A DNA stretch of 64,000 nucleotides from Heptranchias perlo (lineage: Eukaryota): NCBI RefSeq assembly GCF_035084215.1, contig NC_090363.1, positions 11,160,001-11,224,000 on the forward strand. The letters are read 5' to 3'. Below the pieces are notes generated by a model. It saw nothing but the letters and a program-made list of their open reading frames with translations. It had not been told where the DNA came from and did no database searches. Shown piece after piece: positions 48,035-62,589 of the stretch (the first letter of the stretch is position 1; each line of letters opens with the position of its first letter). Made by a program: the position numbers and the translations under genes.

Positions 48035-51000
48035 CTGGGGGAAGGTTAAAATAACACAGTCAGTGAGTTAGTTTCTTGCTGTGATTTATTCAAACACTTT
48101 CCTGTTTAAAGTGCCCACTCGGGGGATTCCCGGGACCTCGGGTGTTTTTAAAGGGCTCCAGGTTCTGTTGATGGAATCTGCCCCCACCCGGGGGTTCACG
48201 CTCCTGGGGCCGCTCTGACTTCCCAACCCGGTCAGAGCTGAGCGAGGACCTGGAGCACATTGTGCTTTATTTTTGTCTCTCTTCAGCCCGTGGCGCCCTG
48301 CTTCGACACCGACCCGCTACATGGAACCCAGCGCCCCCTCGCCCTCCACACTCCCCACCCCACCCCGAGTCCCCTGCGGTTCTCAGCCCCTGCAGAGTGA
48401 CCCACGGGCCTGTAGAAATACACAAGGAACCGGCATGAAGTGGCGCCGATGTGACTTGGAGGCTCAATCCCGGCCCGGAGATGGTACTCCTGATATCCCA
48501 CATCACCAATCAGCTCGATTAATGAGGGGAGATGGGGGAGGGGGAGGCGGAATTAAGAAACCAGAGGGAAAGAAAAGGAAGAAAAGGTGAAAGAAGTAAA
48601 AAGTAAGGAGGGGAATTGCTGCAGAAGAAAAGAAAGAACCGAGAGAGAGTGGAGGGGAACTAAACTCATCAGAGGGAATGGGAACAAGAACAGATCCCGC
48701 AGAGGGAGGGAGGGAATGAGCTAACGCGGGGTAAACAGTAAGGAAAGGACAGAGCAAATAATTCAAGGGGAAAAGTAGAAAAGCAAGGGGATAAAGAAGC
48801 TGCGGCCCACAACTCGATGTGTCCAACAGCCTGACCCGGAACTCGAGATAAACTAGAAAAACCGGGCAGCACCCAGATTCAGAGAAACCCGCCCCCCAAC
48901 AGATAAAACACCCTGGACACAACAAACCGACATCACCCTGAATACAGTCCATCAAAAAACATTATATCCAGGAATCTCAACAGACTCCAACAGAAAATCA
49001 GCCAAAACAAAACGGATCTACCTGAAAGGAGAGGTGGGAGTGCCATTTCTACAGGAGACCCTCCTCACCATATGTGAACTGCTGCAGCCACAACTGCAGC
49101 CTCAGAGCAGGGCGAGGACATCATTGCTTGTGGATGTCAATGTAACCGTGGCACTGAACTTTTATGGCTTTGGATCCTTTCAGGCCTCTGCTGGCGATAT
49201 TCTTGACAGAGAGAAGCAGAATGAGCGAGCACAAGTGTGTGCCGCATTGCAGCCTACCACATGGTGCAGCGTGTCATTGACTGCACGCATAGAGCCATGT
49301 GTGTTCCATATCTCAACTCAGCCATCTTTATGAGCAGAAGGGGTTCCACTCCTTCAAAGTGCAGCTGGTGTGCGACCACACGCAGTGCATCATGCAGCTC
49401 AGTGCCTGCTACCCGGGCAGCAGTCATGATGCCTTCGTTATGCCGCATCCCATCATCCCAACTATTTTTGAATAGGCTCTGGACGTCAATGGCTGGCTAC
49501 TGGGTGACAAGGGCTATTCCCTCCCCATGTGGTTCATGTCTCCGGTCAGGCACACATGCACACGCACAGAGCAGTACAACAACGAGAGCCCTGCAACCAC
49601 ACGAAACGTCATCGAGCACACCGTTGGCATCTTAAAGCAACGCTTCTGCTGCCTGGACCGTTCTGATGGGGACCTGCATTACTCAGCTGAGCAGGTGTCT
49701 AGATTCGTCATGGAATGTTGCCTGCTGCAGAACCTCGCCCTTATGAAGGAACAGCCCTGCTACCGCCTATCTGGCAAGACTCTGAGCCAGAGGCAGAGGA
49801 GGAGGAGGACGTGAAAGAAGTGGAGGAAAAGAATGAGGAGGAAGAGGAAGAGGAAAGGAGGCAACAAGATGCACAGGCCCTGTCTGCCAGGGCTCTGCGT
49901 GCTCACCTTATTCATGAGCGATATCTGTAACCTAATTGACACCTCCCAACTCACCAACAGTCCTACACTCCTCACCTTTCCTCTCCCTCATGACCATCAA
50001 ATCGCCCTCCATATGATTGCACATTGCTTCCTCCCGAGGCTTATCACATAAATAAAAACCACCACCAGCTGCGACTTCAAATACAAATTCATAACGTTAC
50101 ACATTAACTCACGGATAAAACATTACATTATTCATCCTTGTGAATTCCCTCAGCGACTGTCGCTCGTCTGCCTTTGCCCTTCCTGGTGCTCCTACGAGGT
50201 GCATCCCCTGTGGTTGGAGCATCGGTGGTGGAAGGCTGCTGACCTTCAATTGAGGTGTGTGCAGATGGACTTGGAGGACAAACACAAGCAGCTGTGGGCC
50301 AGGAGAGTCCGGCTTCAGCCTGCACCATCTCAACATTGGTTGCAGCAGTCTGGCCTGGCTGGCTGACAGGCAACAGCAAGGGCAATGACAGAGTGGCAGG
50401 GGTGGGAGCAGGAAATCTGTCATCCGGACAGAGGACAGCAGGTTTGACTGCCAGAGCGCCACTGCCGCTCGAATGTGGTGGTGCCTCAGCAATCCTGGTG
50501 ATCAACTGAAGACGAGATGGACGGAGTGCTCTGATGCCTTGGAAGCCCCGTTCCACAGTGGTGCCAACAGCTACGATCGCAGCAGTCTGCACTTCCAAAG
50601 CAGCAGTCCGAGCTTCAATTGAAGCATGAAGGCCTTTGATGACATCGGATGGTGCTGCAGTGGAAGTCGTGGTATCGGCCATCAGGCGTTGAATTTTATG
50701 GGTCACTCAGGTGTGCTAATGGAAGTGATCACCCATTCCATGTGGGTAAGGATGGGCTCCAAGCTCTGCGCAAAAGCTGTGCCAAGTTTGAGGTGACTCC
50801 TCCATGCCCCTTGACCTTGCACGCAGGCTTTCTGGCAGGCTTTCCAGTGTGTCAAGCATTTGGTGGTGCATGCCCATCAAAAGTCCTCTGTAGCCTGGTC
50901 CATCAAACTCATCATCTGACAGCAGAACCATTGAGCGACCTCGCACTCCGGTGGAGCTGTCATCTGTGATAACTGTTCACCCCACACCGGCTCCTGTGCA

Positions 51001-54000
51001 CTTGTGCACGATGTCTAACCACGTGCAGATCCCGACTCTAACCGAGCCTCAACAATACGCGTAGCTTCAGTATCTGAGCTGTTGGCTGTGAGTGTCAGAA
51101 CAAGTGATCGTGTGGCTTCATTGTCATTGTCTTCCTCCTCCACCTCGGGTGGTGCCGGCTCCAGTCTTGGGTATCTGCAATGAGAAAAGGAGATGGGTTG
51201 AGTTGTTGAACCGGGAGAGAAGCAACTATGATGTGCGTGCTGACACCATCTACAGCACGTGAGTCAGAAAAGATTGTGGGATGTGGGAGATAAGAAGGAC
51301 AATTAGGTTTGAAAAGACACCCTCCATTGTGACCTCCAGCGACACCAGTGGCCATGGTCGCAGCGACGGCCTGTCCAACTATCAGAAGCACGGTCTCCTC
51401 CAGGGAAGATCGGATGTGCAGGTGTGCCCATCCTCCCTCAGGTCTTTCATGCTACCAGCTGTTATGTGCATCTTCCTCCTGCAAGACAGAGGGAAGTGTA
51501 CCAGTGTGTGTCCTGCAAGATGCTTGGGTGATGTGCCTGTCGTGGGCGAAGAGCTGCCAGTGTGTGTGACCTTTGGGTCGTGGGTCAGTGGGTTGCAAGT
51601 GTGGTAATATTTGAGGGTGAGATGCAGCCTGCAACGTGCTGCATTGCATACAGATGGGAAGCGTTTGTTGGTCGATGGGTGAGTGGGTGTGTCGTGGTGA
51701 AGCCATGTTGCGGTTGGTAAAAAGTGTCACTTGACAATTGCATTCACTCACCTTGACCACTCGCGTCAAATCATTGAACTTGTTCCAGCACTGCACCCAC
51801 GTGCGTGGTGCAATGCTCCTGACATTCACCTCCACGGCACCATCCTCCCACTGGCTCCGCAGCTCGTGTCTGGAGGGTCTTCTGCCACCCTGGGGGTACA
51901 TGATGGTTCTCTGTTCGTCCGCTGCCCCCACCAGGGCCTCCACTGAGCTGTTGTGGAACCTCGATGCACGCTCATTTGCCGGTCCAGCCATTTTACTTGT
52001 TACCCTCCACCGTTTGCATTTGCAGTGCACTTCCCCTTTAAGAAGTGCAGGCTGCCTTTAACGAGTGCTGGCCACGCCCCATATCGAGCCTCCTGGTGGG
52101 TGCAGCCTCTCGCCAATGATAGCTCTGGCCGCAGGGACAAATAATGGAAATGAGCCTGAAGCACGAATCTCGCCTGCTGCCTGCATCGGAAACACCGGGC
52201 GCGGGTTAATCGCGCACCGCGAGCCTCGCGCCCGAATTTGGGCGTTAGCGAATTTAACCCCCGCTCTCTTTGCTATAATCTGATTCGTCATAATGAGAAA
52301 TCAGTTATAAATCAGGACAACGAAACATATAGGACTTTTACCGGGTTTGATGGCATCAATCATTTCTCTCCAGACTGTGTACTGAAAAGGGCCGTTGAAT
52401 TGTTCGATAGACAGGGCGGCATCTGCTAATGACAGTATATGATATTCCTCGCTCATCCTGCAAATATTCAACAATTGGTTATAAATTGATCAGAAACACC
52501 TATCTGAGTTATTTTCCCAAACTGTGCAGAGTTTCAGTAAAGAACATGTCCTACCTCCTCTTCCGACAAGTTTTCTCCTGAAATAAATAAAACACAAATC
52601 TGAGTGGACAGAAACTGACCGTCCACATCCGGACAGCAGAATTATCCCAAATGGTGACAACCTGTTGATAATTCTGAATTCTCACTGCTGCCGACACACA
52701 GATAGAAAGATCACATTTCAAAAAGGGACAGAAGCACCGGAGAAAGTGCAAAATGTTCTATTTCGGATATATCTGAAAGCAGGACAGCAGAAATTAGATC
52801 CAAATTATTAAATGCCTCTCAAAGAAACAGGGTATGGCTGAAAAATCTTATTTGTATCAGACGATGGAAATCAACATCAGTCCCCCTCACAGACACAATG
52901 ACTCTCACACCCACCGGACCAGACACACCCACACACTCACTCTATGTAACTGCATTGCAATGTGAGTTTCAGGATAATATTAAACTCTGGGGCAACACAG
53001 AAATAATTACAAGCTAAATATCAAGATCAGGGCAAATCATTCCCGGGGTAGTTGCTGGTATTCCCGGGATTCTGTGGACATTGTGTGAGGCCGATTAGTT
53101 CGGTGACAATAACAGATCCGCCTCGGAATAGACAAAAATCGATCGATTTAAAACAGTCCCGAATTATCTGGAAATTCTGCATTTACTTCAAAATTCTTGC
53201 CCATCATTTTGTGACTGTGAACATTCACTGAACTAAACTGAAATATAATCCTCACCTTCAGAAATATCACTCCGTCTTTTTCCTCCATCTGTTTTTGGAA
53301 CTTTGAGAGCTTCTCCTGAATAGAATTTAAATTCTCTTGAATTTCTTGAAGATTTTCCTCCATTGGTTCTAGAATCCTCTCCTCTTCTTCCCTGAGATCT
53401 CTGATTAAACGCTGCTCTTTCTCAGTGAGAATCTGGTGCATTTTAGCGAACTCGGATGTGATGCGGGTCTGCAGACTCCTCGACTGTTCCTACAAAATGA
53501 AATGTGAAAAATAATAATGTACCGCGATAAAGGAGCAAAACTAACCGAGTTCGCAGAGAATCAGCACAGGGAGAACTCACCCTAACTTTCGAAATCTGCT
53601 GCTTCTGTTTCACTTCAGTTTCGAGAACCGCCGTTTTCTTCTCTGTGAGAGAATCTAAGGAAGATTTCAGCTGATCCTGGGATTGGGATAAAAAAACACA
53701 GAATGAAAGTGTTCGACTATGAAAATGTGATCAAATAATCAGGTGATCAAATCTGTTCCCTTTTACCTTGTACATTTCAACAGCTTCTTTAATCGGCATG
53801 AAGTGGTGGTCTCTGTGTTCCCGCGCGTCTCTACAAGTGCAACAGATCAGTTTCTTGTCAGTTTCACAAAACAGCTTCAGTTCTTCCTGATGTTCCTCAC
53901 AGTGAAGTTTACTTTCCTTCTCTTTCGGATTCAGTTTTAATTTTCGAGCTTTCTCGGCCAGATTCGATAAGGCCCGATTGGCCCTGAAGTTTCTTTCCGG

Positions 54001-54177
54001 AAACTCCTCTCTACATTCTGGGCAGGAGTTTGTTTCCTTCTGTTCACAACACTGTGCGATACAGGATCGGCAGAAGTTGTGCCCACACTCCAGTATAACC
54101 GGATCAGTGAAGAAACCGAGACAGATGGGACAAATTGCCTCCTCGGTCAAACTCTCTGCCTGCCGTCTGGAAGCCAT
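47484..54177 (-). CDS. TRIM gene copy C, complete RING-Bbox-CC-PRY/SPRY (B30.2), 476 aa
   Basis: Exons 54177-53767 (411), 53676-53581 (96), 53489-53256 (234), 52577-52555 (23), 52457-52342 (116), 48034-47484 (551); frame open, GT-AG junctions. Confidence 0.93.
49040..52262. mobile_element. PIF/Harbinger DNA transposon relic in TRIM C intron 5
   Basis: [30 protein letters not shown] on +; Myb/SANT-like ORF 51452..52030 on -; same right end. Confidence 0.85.
53767..54177 (-). CDS. TRIM copy C first coding exon, RING + B-box
   Basis: ORF 53731..54204; ATG at 54177; all eight RING ligands present. Confidence 0.93.
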
Positions 54178-54914
54178 GTTCACACTCAGCACTTCCTGAT
54201 TCAAACTGCTTTTACCTTCGATGTTACTGGGCTCCCGGACACCTTCAGTTCAGTGAATTCACAATGCTGGTCACTGCAATACTCCGGGAATTATTATTAT
54301 ATACTCGTCTATGTCTCGTCGACTTTTACACGGGGAGATGAAACCTGGAGCAGGATTAACCACAAACAGTGATCGAAGACGGACAGGCAATAATTGAACC
54401 TGGGCGGGGAGGGTAAAAGTCCAAGGAGTTGGCAGTGGGGTGAGGGGAGAGAGAGGGAGGAGGCGGAGATGGACAGGGATCGAGATTCCACTGCACTTTG
54501 CTCCTGACCGAACTCGCTGACGACTGCAAACCCTCTGGTGAATCATGGTGTAAGGTATAGATCCATAAACTGAATTGTGTTTATGATTGTAGCCGCTCAC
54601 CCTAAAAGACAAAATGTCATAAATGTCAAGGAGCTGTCTGGAAGCTGTGATCAGTTTCAGTCCTTCCGGATTCAAACTGCGGGTTTCATGTTTCTGTGGG
54701 TGGATCCAGCCCCGGTTCCCAGTCTGAGCTCACTCCAGAGTCCCTGCAATTGCTGTTCACATCTCGGTGAAATTGTATCACATTTACAAATAGAAAAGAC
54801 ATTCGATGAAGTTTCAGAGTGCACCCATCATCAGACTGAGAGACAAACGGGTATTTTACTCAGTCTGGGAAAAGGAGAGGGAAAAAGAAGGAGGAGGGGA
54901 GAGGAGAGATCAAC

Positions 54915-55700
54915 GCTGATTTGATAGAAATTGTTCGGTTGCATGGATCGCAGGCTCGGGCTCAGGATTGGTGTCAGCCTCGCCCACCTTGTCTGTTTTG
55001 CCGGCCTGGGATGCGGCAGTTCCTGCGGACGAGCCCCATCTCCTGACAGGCGGGGGCACCGAACACCCTCCGATGTCCAGAGGACGCGGTGGGCCGTCCC
55101 CTGGTGACTCACATCAAAGCCACCGTGGGTTTCCTCCTCTCGGGCCGGTTCGACGTAGGTTTGGTGCCGGAAGGATTGGACCTGACGGAGTTTCGTCTCC
55201 CTGAGGCCGAGCAGGATCGGTGCAACATCTGTCCTCACCTGCCCCAGTTGAATCCGATGGAGGAGGAGCTCGTTGGTGATCAATGGCGGGACGTTTGATA
55301 AAACGATCCTCTGCCTCCCGACCTGGAGAGGATCCACCAGCAGGAATCTCTCGCCCACCGTGAGCCCCTTATTGAAGGGCCAGGAAGACAGCCCGCTCCG
55401 ACCTCAGGAAGAACACGGCCTTCCCGGACATTTCAGAGGCGGCGACAATGATTGAGCGGCCGACAACCCCAGACATGGTCTTCACACAGGCTTCAATGGG
55501 CATGTTGGGCTGAGTGTCGCCCTTGGCCCCATTCTGTTTCGTAAATAAGCGAAAAGGTGCCGGGGCAGCAGGAGCAGCTGCGGAGGCCACGGCTTGTACC
55601 CGGCACCGGTGAAGGTGGAATCGCCCGATGAAAATTGGGAGCTGCACTCACCCCAATTGTCAGGCCTGGTTTGAAAAATGGCTTTTTATAAAGGAGGCTT
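54915..55700 (-). mobile_element. Tx1-like ORF1 relic, unit 3, with the empty ERV site
   Basis: IVAASEMSGKAVFFL; contiguous GCTGCACTCACCCC at 55641. Confidence 0.7.
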
Positions 55701-58058
55701 TAAAATGAAACCACCTCTTCCCCCAGTTGTTAACTGGTCATGAGAGAGGGGCATTCTCACCTCTTTGAACAAACAACAAACGGGGGGGATCTCTCCAACG
55801 AGAGAGAGAGAGAGGGAAGGAATGGAGGGAAGGAGGGAGAGAGAGAGGGAAGGAAGCAGAGAGAGGGATTGAATTGAAGGAAGGTGGGGGAGAGAGAAGA
55901 AAGGAAAGGAGCGAAGGAGGGAGGGAGAGAAAAGGAAGGAATGGAAAGAAGGAGGGCGAGAGAGAAGAAAGGAAAGGAGCGAAGGAGGGAGACTGTCGGG
56001 GTTGGGTTGCTGCAGAAGTGGGGAAAACATTGGGTTTCGTTGCGGTGCAGTCGACTGATGATGTTCCTCCCCTTCTTGATGGGGGGAGGGGGCGTGTGGG
56101 GGGGAAGAGACGTCTTCACCCAGACAGTTGAAACTGCCGAGGCTCACTGCTCCACAAAGTGTTCTTTGCAAAAAGACTTCACCCAGGCAGCTCCAGCTGT
56201 CCTGGACGAGGCAATGGGGGTGTTTACATCAAGTATAGTTCTTAATCAATCAATCAATCAATCAGCCCCTTGTTGTTCCGGCCTTGTCCAGTGACACAGT
56301 CTGATTGACAATCCTCGGGCTCCATCGTTCACAGCCCCGCCCCCTCAGTCTGAGTGACAGTTCCCGGGCTCCATCGCTCCCAGCCCCTCCGTTTGGCGCT
56401 CTTTAAGCGTTACCGCAATCTGCCACTCAGCGGATGAATGACCGCAATCTGCAGCTCAGGGGATTAATGACCGCAATCCGGTGCTGACGGACCTGTGTGT
56501 TTACAGCATTTCCTCTCTCCCTTTCACCTTAACTGTGGTAATGAAGGCCATTGTCTCTGTGGCTCATACAAACCAGTGTCACCTGAAGCCTGGGCTTCCA
56601 AGTGGTGTTGTCACTGGGAACAGCAGCTCTTGGAGACAAAGCCCACCTGCTTCGTGTTTAATTACAAACAGAGGGAGACAGAGAGAGCAACCGCATTGCT
56701 CACTCAGTCAGATTATCAGGTTTGTGCCTCACACTTAGCAACAAGAAAAAAAAGGCAAGAAACTAACTCCAATTTATGTTCAGAGTCTGTTCAAGCAGTC
56801 ATCTGTTCTTAAAGTCTGAAAACATTTATTCGTTTTTAAAGAACCAACGAGAAATCGCTGACTCCAGTATCTGCAGAGAGATTTCCGACAACGTTCATAT
56901 CACGTTCATGGCCAACCAGTGAAGTGCTGTCAGAACCTGGGATACTTCCATTCCCACCCGTGGTGTCAGACACTTCCACCCACTCCACCCGCCAGAAAAC
57001 ACAGTCCACTCCCAAGCTCTGCAAGACTACCGGTTCTGCCTCTGCGGTGCTGCCAAAGGGAAGGATTCCCTGAGGACCTATTCTCCCAATTCCCCTTTCC
57101 CAGTGCGGTCTGATCCCAAGGACCACCCCCACCCAAAACCTCGGTTTTAATTCACCTCAGAACCGCTACCGCAGCACTGCAGAACCCGAGACCCATCACT
57201 TTGTGTGGTCACACCTCAGGACACCTCCTGCTAAACCGCAACCATTTAATCCTGGACCCTTAAGCAAATTCTTCTTAATCGAACAATCGTGTCCCATCTT
57301 TACTGAATGTCAGAACTCTGCCTCCATTGTGCAAATTCAAAACTCACCCACTGCCCTGCAGGTGAACCGCGGGACTCCCACACCAGCTCGGTGAAACCCG
57401 AGACCACAACCAATGTGACGAGAATCTCTCCCACCCTCCCAGTGCTGCCGAAACTCGCAACTAACCCCCGCTCCGCCACATTTTCGCTGAATTGCAGACA
57501 CAGTCCTCCATCGTGTTAACTCCTCCCAAACACTTCATTTTGTGCTGGAGACCGTAAAGAGGTAAGAGGTGAATTAAGCTCGCAGCCAAACGAATTTCCA
57601 ATTAGAAATAAAATCACTGTTTCCGTTTTGAACGAGAAATGGACAGAATCAGTGAATTACTTGCCTGAACAGAGGTAAAAGCCCAGGATATCATATCATT
57701 AAATAATCACTTTGACACCTTAAACCAATCGCCCTAACAGTATTAAATTACGTCTTAACGGGTACATCCCCTCTGTAATTCTAAAATAGCACGGCCGGGG
57801 TTTTCAGCTTGAACACGCTCGGCCCCTCTTCCCCATTTATTCATTTTAATTGACAGGAAAATGAGGCTGGCGAGCGTAGAACCCGGAAACTCAGGTCCAT
57901 ATATTTCCTCTGAGTGTGAGCAATTCGACGGGAGATTCACGTTTGCACATGTCATTTCTGTTGAAGAACTCCTGTTAAATTTGGAGGGATTTAATTGGAG
58001 CTAATTTTAAGTTGAGGGATAGTGTAAAATGGACGCTTTCAATTTAGCCGCCCATTAT

Positions 58059-58944
58059 GGAAGGATGCAAAGGCTGCAAGTGGATATAGACAGGTTAAGT
58101 GAGCGGGCAAGAACATGGGAGATGGAATATAATGTGGAAAAATGTGAAGTTATCCACTTTGGTCGGAAAAACAGAAATGCAGAATATTTTTAAATGGTGA
58201 GAGATTGGGAAATGTTGATGTTGAAAGGGACCTGGGTGTCCTTGTACATAAATTACTGAAAGCTGACATGCAGGTGCAGCAAGCAATTAAGAAGGCAAAT
58301 GGTATCTTGGCTTTTATCACAAGAGGCTTTGAGTACAGGAGTAAAGATGTCTTACTGCAATTATATTGGGCCTTGGTGAGACCGCACCTGGAGTATTGTG
58401 TACAATTTTGGTCTCCTTACCTAAGAAAGGATATACCTGCCGTAGAGGGAGTGCAAAAAAAGTTCGCCAGACTGATTCCTGGGATGGCAGGATTGTCGTA
58501 TGAGGAAAGAGTGAGTAGATTCGGCCTGTATTCTCTAGAGTTTAGAAGAATGAGAGGTGATCTCATTGAAACATATAAAATTCCCTCAGGGCTCGACAGG
58601 GTAGATGCAGGGAGGATGTTTCCCCTGGCTGGGGCGTCTAGGACTAGGGGTCACAACCTCAGAATAAGGGGTAGGCCATTTCAGACTGAGATGAGGAGAA
58701 ATTTCTTAACTCAGAGGGTGGTGAATCTTTGGAATTCTCTACCCCAGAGGGCTGTGGAGGCTCATCATTGAGTACATTCAAAACAGCCATCGATAGATTT
58801 CTGGATATTAAGGGCATCAAGGGATATGCAGATAGTGCAGGAAAATGGAGTTGAGTTAGAAGATCATCCACGATCTGATTGAATGGCGGGGCGGGTTCGA
58901 GGAGCCGGATGGCCAACTCCTGCTCCTATTTCTCGTGTTCTTAT
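58059..58944 (+). mobile_element. CR1 LINE 3' fragment, unit 3 paralog
   Basis: ORF 58205..58771; same junctions. Confidence 0.92.
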
Positions 58945-59097
58945 TATACACCACTTCCGATATTCCTTTCCTTTAAGTCAATGGACGGGAAATCGGGCGT
59001 GGTGCATAATGGGCGCTCAATTCGATATCACCCCTTTTGCACCAATCCCCAAATTAAAATGATTCCCATCGTGTTTTAATCTGGCGAAGCAATTTAA

Positions 59098-60637
59098 TTA
59101 TTTACATGAATACGTTATTCGAGACAGGGGACGCTTTACCATATTCTTCAGCTCATCTCTGAATTTACTCTGGGACGCTGCATAAACTAACGTGTGTCTG
59201 CAGGAACTCAAAGCCTGAAGCATGTGCCCGGATTGTTCCATAATGGTGAAAGGCGCATTGTAATTTGTTTCTAAAAATTGAGTATCTGTAAATTGTACAT
59301 ATATATGAGCTATGAATCTTACCATCCATAACAGTGTAAAACTGCCACATATGGCGAGCAGTAAAATGATGGATTTTCTTCGGTTCTCCATCTCTGGATC
59401 ACTGTGTATCTCACTATTGTTGTTTTCCCGGAGTCCCCTCCTCACTCTATTGGCCAGTACAATGTGTCTGATGGTCAGAGCATTGAGCAGTAAAATCAAC
59501 AGAAATGGAACAAACGGGGTTGAAATAGTTTCCAACCACAAAAATGCTACCCATATGGGTACGGTACAGAAGCTTCATTTTACGTAGCAGGACCACGGTA
59601 CATTGTCAATTATTTCCCGAGGTTCATACACAAAATAGATTGGAACATTTTCCAACAAGCTCAAGGAACACACCATCGCGACAACCACAGCCGCAGTTTC
59701 TTCGGTGCAATATTTTGTTCTCAACTTTTCGCAACAAATGGCGACACACAGCGCCTCATGGATGCCCAGTTTCGAGCTGCTAGATCTGTTCTGAATCTAT
59801 CCCATTTGGCACGGTGGTAGTGCCACACAACACGTTGGATGGTGTCCTCAGTGCGAAGACGGGACTTCATCTCCACGAGGACTGTGCGGTGGTCACTCCT
59901 ACCAATACTGTCGTGGACAGATGCAACTGCGACAGGTAGATCGGTGCGGATGAGGTCAAGTAAATTTTTCCCTCTTGTTGGTTCGCTCACCACCTGCCGT
60001 AGGCCCAGTCTCGCTGTTCTGTCCTTCAGGACTCTGCCAGCTCGGTCAGAAGTGCATCATTTGTTCTTTGTTCTACTAAACCCGAAGACAGCAGCAGCAA
60101 CGCAGATTTTATCTCCAGCAATACTTTACTGGGTTGAATTTCGAGGGTTGGAGGTTCTTCCGATCGCTTGTCGTAAGTTCGGCGGTTCACACCTTTTCTC
60201 CAGAATTTCCGTTAATCTCAGCAACTTGACTTGATGGACGTTTTCTACTTTTCAACGATACTAACTAACCAGATCCAAGACGGGATGCTAATATTTGGCT
60301 GGGACTGAAAATTACACGACTCTCTGCAAAGGAGACGAAATCCTCATTAAAATGTTTACTTTAAAACTTCGGTACAATTTGCACTGCTGTCAGGTTATTA
60401 CATCAAGAATATGTCTAAAACTTGACGTTTTCTTATTGTTATTTGATTGATGGCTGTAACATCGACTACATCAATACAAACCGATAATATTATTACTCCG
60501 ACAGCAGGAGCAGTGATACAGTGAAACACTGTTAAAGATTAATATTAACTGATTATAAAAGGCTGACCGGGAACACCAATCACTGCAAGAATAGGGTAGT
60601 AAATGTTTTCTATCTGTGTGATTACCGGCTGTCCCAT
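59098..60637 (-). pseudogene. GPR139-like GPCR pseudogene, internally deleted (unit 3)
   Basis: Exon 1 60637-60568; exon 2 remnant 59745-59098; same deletion junction and TGA as unit 1. Confidence 0.85.
59746..60049 (-). mobile_element. Remnant of the GPCR-intron LINE (unit 3)
   Basis: Matches 37804-38107. Confidence 0.85.
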
Positions 60638-62589
60638 TTTCGGAGAGAAGCGACTTGTCTCTTAATGTTATGGACACGCAGATCATCTGCCTTCAAAATA
60701 TGGGCTTCGTTATACCTGAGAAAAAAGTCAAGTGAAACATGAGCATTGCACAATGATTGGAATTAGTTAATGAACAAACAGATTAAGCCGAGTGTATTCA
60801 CTCCCACTGATGGGAAGTAGGTTATAACACAATGACATTTCACATTGAAAAAACGAAGTCTAGAATATTACTTTGATCACATTTTAGAAATAATATATTT
60901 TGAAATCTGCACTCCTAATGTAATGGTGCATACCCCCGAAACTGTGGATAATCCCTTATAGGTTCATGGAAGCTATTTAATTGAAGAAATGCGCACATTT
61001 GTGGTAGATTGGCTCCATCTACGTTTTAGGTACATCATATCTTTTTCTTTTTTAATTGCACTCTACATAATATCGATATGAGGAGGCTCCATGGGGCACG
61101 TGAGATCGAAGAGCCTTCACAGATACACACAGAAAGTGATATAGTCAGTTGCATACAGCTGAGCAGCCCCACGAAGATGCTGAGATGTTGGATTTCAGCA
61201 TCAACAGGCGTTGGGCAGAGGTGAAAGCAACAGGGTCTGTTCTGATATGTACCGGCTGTGAGAAAGATAATTGTGGATAAGGATCTTAATAGCCGTTTGG
61301 AAGGGCTTTGGGAGTTTATGGCCATCGTGTACTAATGAGTTGGAGGGTGCAACGGACACTTCATGTCGGCTGTGGAGCCGGAATTTGGATCGGGACCCGG
61401 TTCTGCCCCTCGGATCAAAGGGGCCGATTTATTTTAGAAATTTGGCACAGGGCCCCTAATGACCGACACCTTTTGGGTTATTTCACCATTTGGCCAACGG
61501 TGGATTTTGGTGTGTTCTGTATTAAAATGTTGATGTCCAGTCATACTGTGGGAAAGGGATTACAATTCCCACAGCAGCAGATGCTGGGATGGGCGGGTGG
61601 GGCGATTTTGTGTATGAAAGTTAGATGGGCCACTTTGTGCTATTTGAATGCTGTTTTCATAAACTCCTCAAAAGACTGAACCGTACTTGATCCAGAGAGT
61701 TACTTCCCAGTTGGAACTGAGGTAACTGATTCCAGTCAGGGCCGCGATTCAGAAATTACAATCCGTCTCAGCTCCCTTGGATTATGTAGGATCATAGGCA
61801 CAGGTGTCGGCCATTCTGCCCCTCGAGCCTGTTCCACCATTCAATTAGATCATGGGTGATCTGCATCTAAACTCCACCTGTCCGCCTTGGTTCCATATCC
61901 CATAATGCCCTGACTGAACAAAAATCTATCAATCCCATGTTTGAAATTTTCAATTGATCCCCCAGCCGCAACAGACTTTTGGGGGAGAGAGTTCCAGATT
62001 TTCACTATCCTTTGTGTGAAGAAGTGATTCCTGACATCGACCCTGAACAGCCGAGTGCGAATTTTAAGGTTATGCCCCCTGTTCTTGACCATCCTACCAG
62101 AGGAAATAGTTACTTCCTTACTATCTTGATTCATCGTAAACACTCAGATCACCCCTTCATTTTCTATACTTGACGGAATACAAGTCCAGTCGATGCAACC
62201 TGTCCTCATAATTTCACCTTTTGAGCCCCAGTATAATTCTGCTGAATCTGCGCTGCACTCCTCCAAGGCCGATTTTTCCTTCCTGAGATGTAGTGCCCAG
62301 ACCTGAATGCATTACTCTAAATTGGGGTCTAACCAGAGTTCTGTGCAGCTCTAACATAATTTCCACCCCCTTGGATTCCAGTCCTCTTGAGATAAAGGCC
62401 AACATTCCATTAGTCTTTTTTAATTAATTTGTATCTGTCACACAAGGTAAAGGTGAGACTGAGTGTAGTGAAGCAGACAGCAATAGAAGAAGATGGATAA
62501 AGGTGTCACTGCGTATAACGAGTGATAGAGAGAGACACTAACAGAGGGAGACAGATAAAGGTGAGAGTGAGTAAAGTGATGCTTACACC

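Larger units (their letters stand above)
27749..52349. repeat. Tandem segmental duplication unit 2
   Basis: Colinear with unit 1 (TRIM 5' exons, Tx1 ORF1, CR1, GPCR, Tx1 ORF2, PRY-SPRY exon, Harbinger); no ERV. Confidence 0.95.

Noticed and set aside
49034-49930. Host HARBI1 gene
   Set aside because: Multiple frameshifts, intronic location and paired Myb-like gene indicate a transposon relic.
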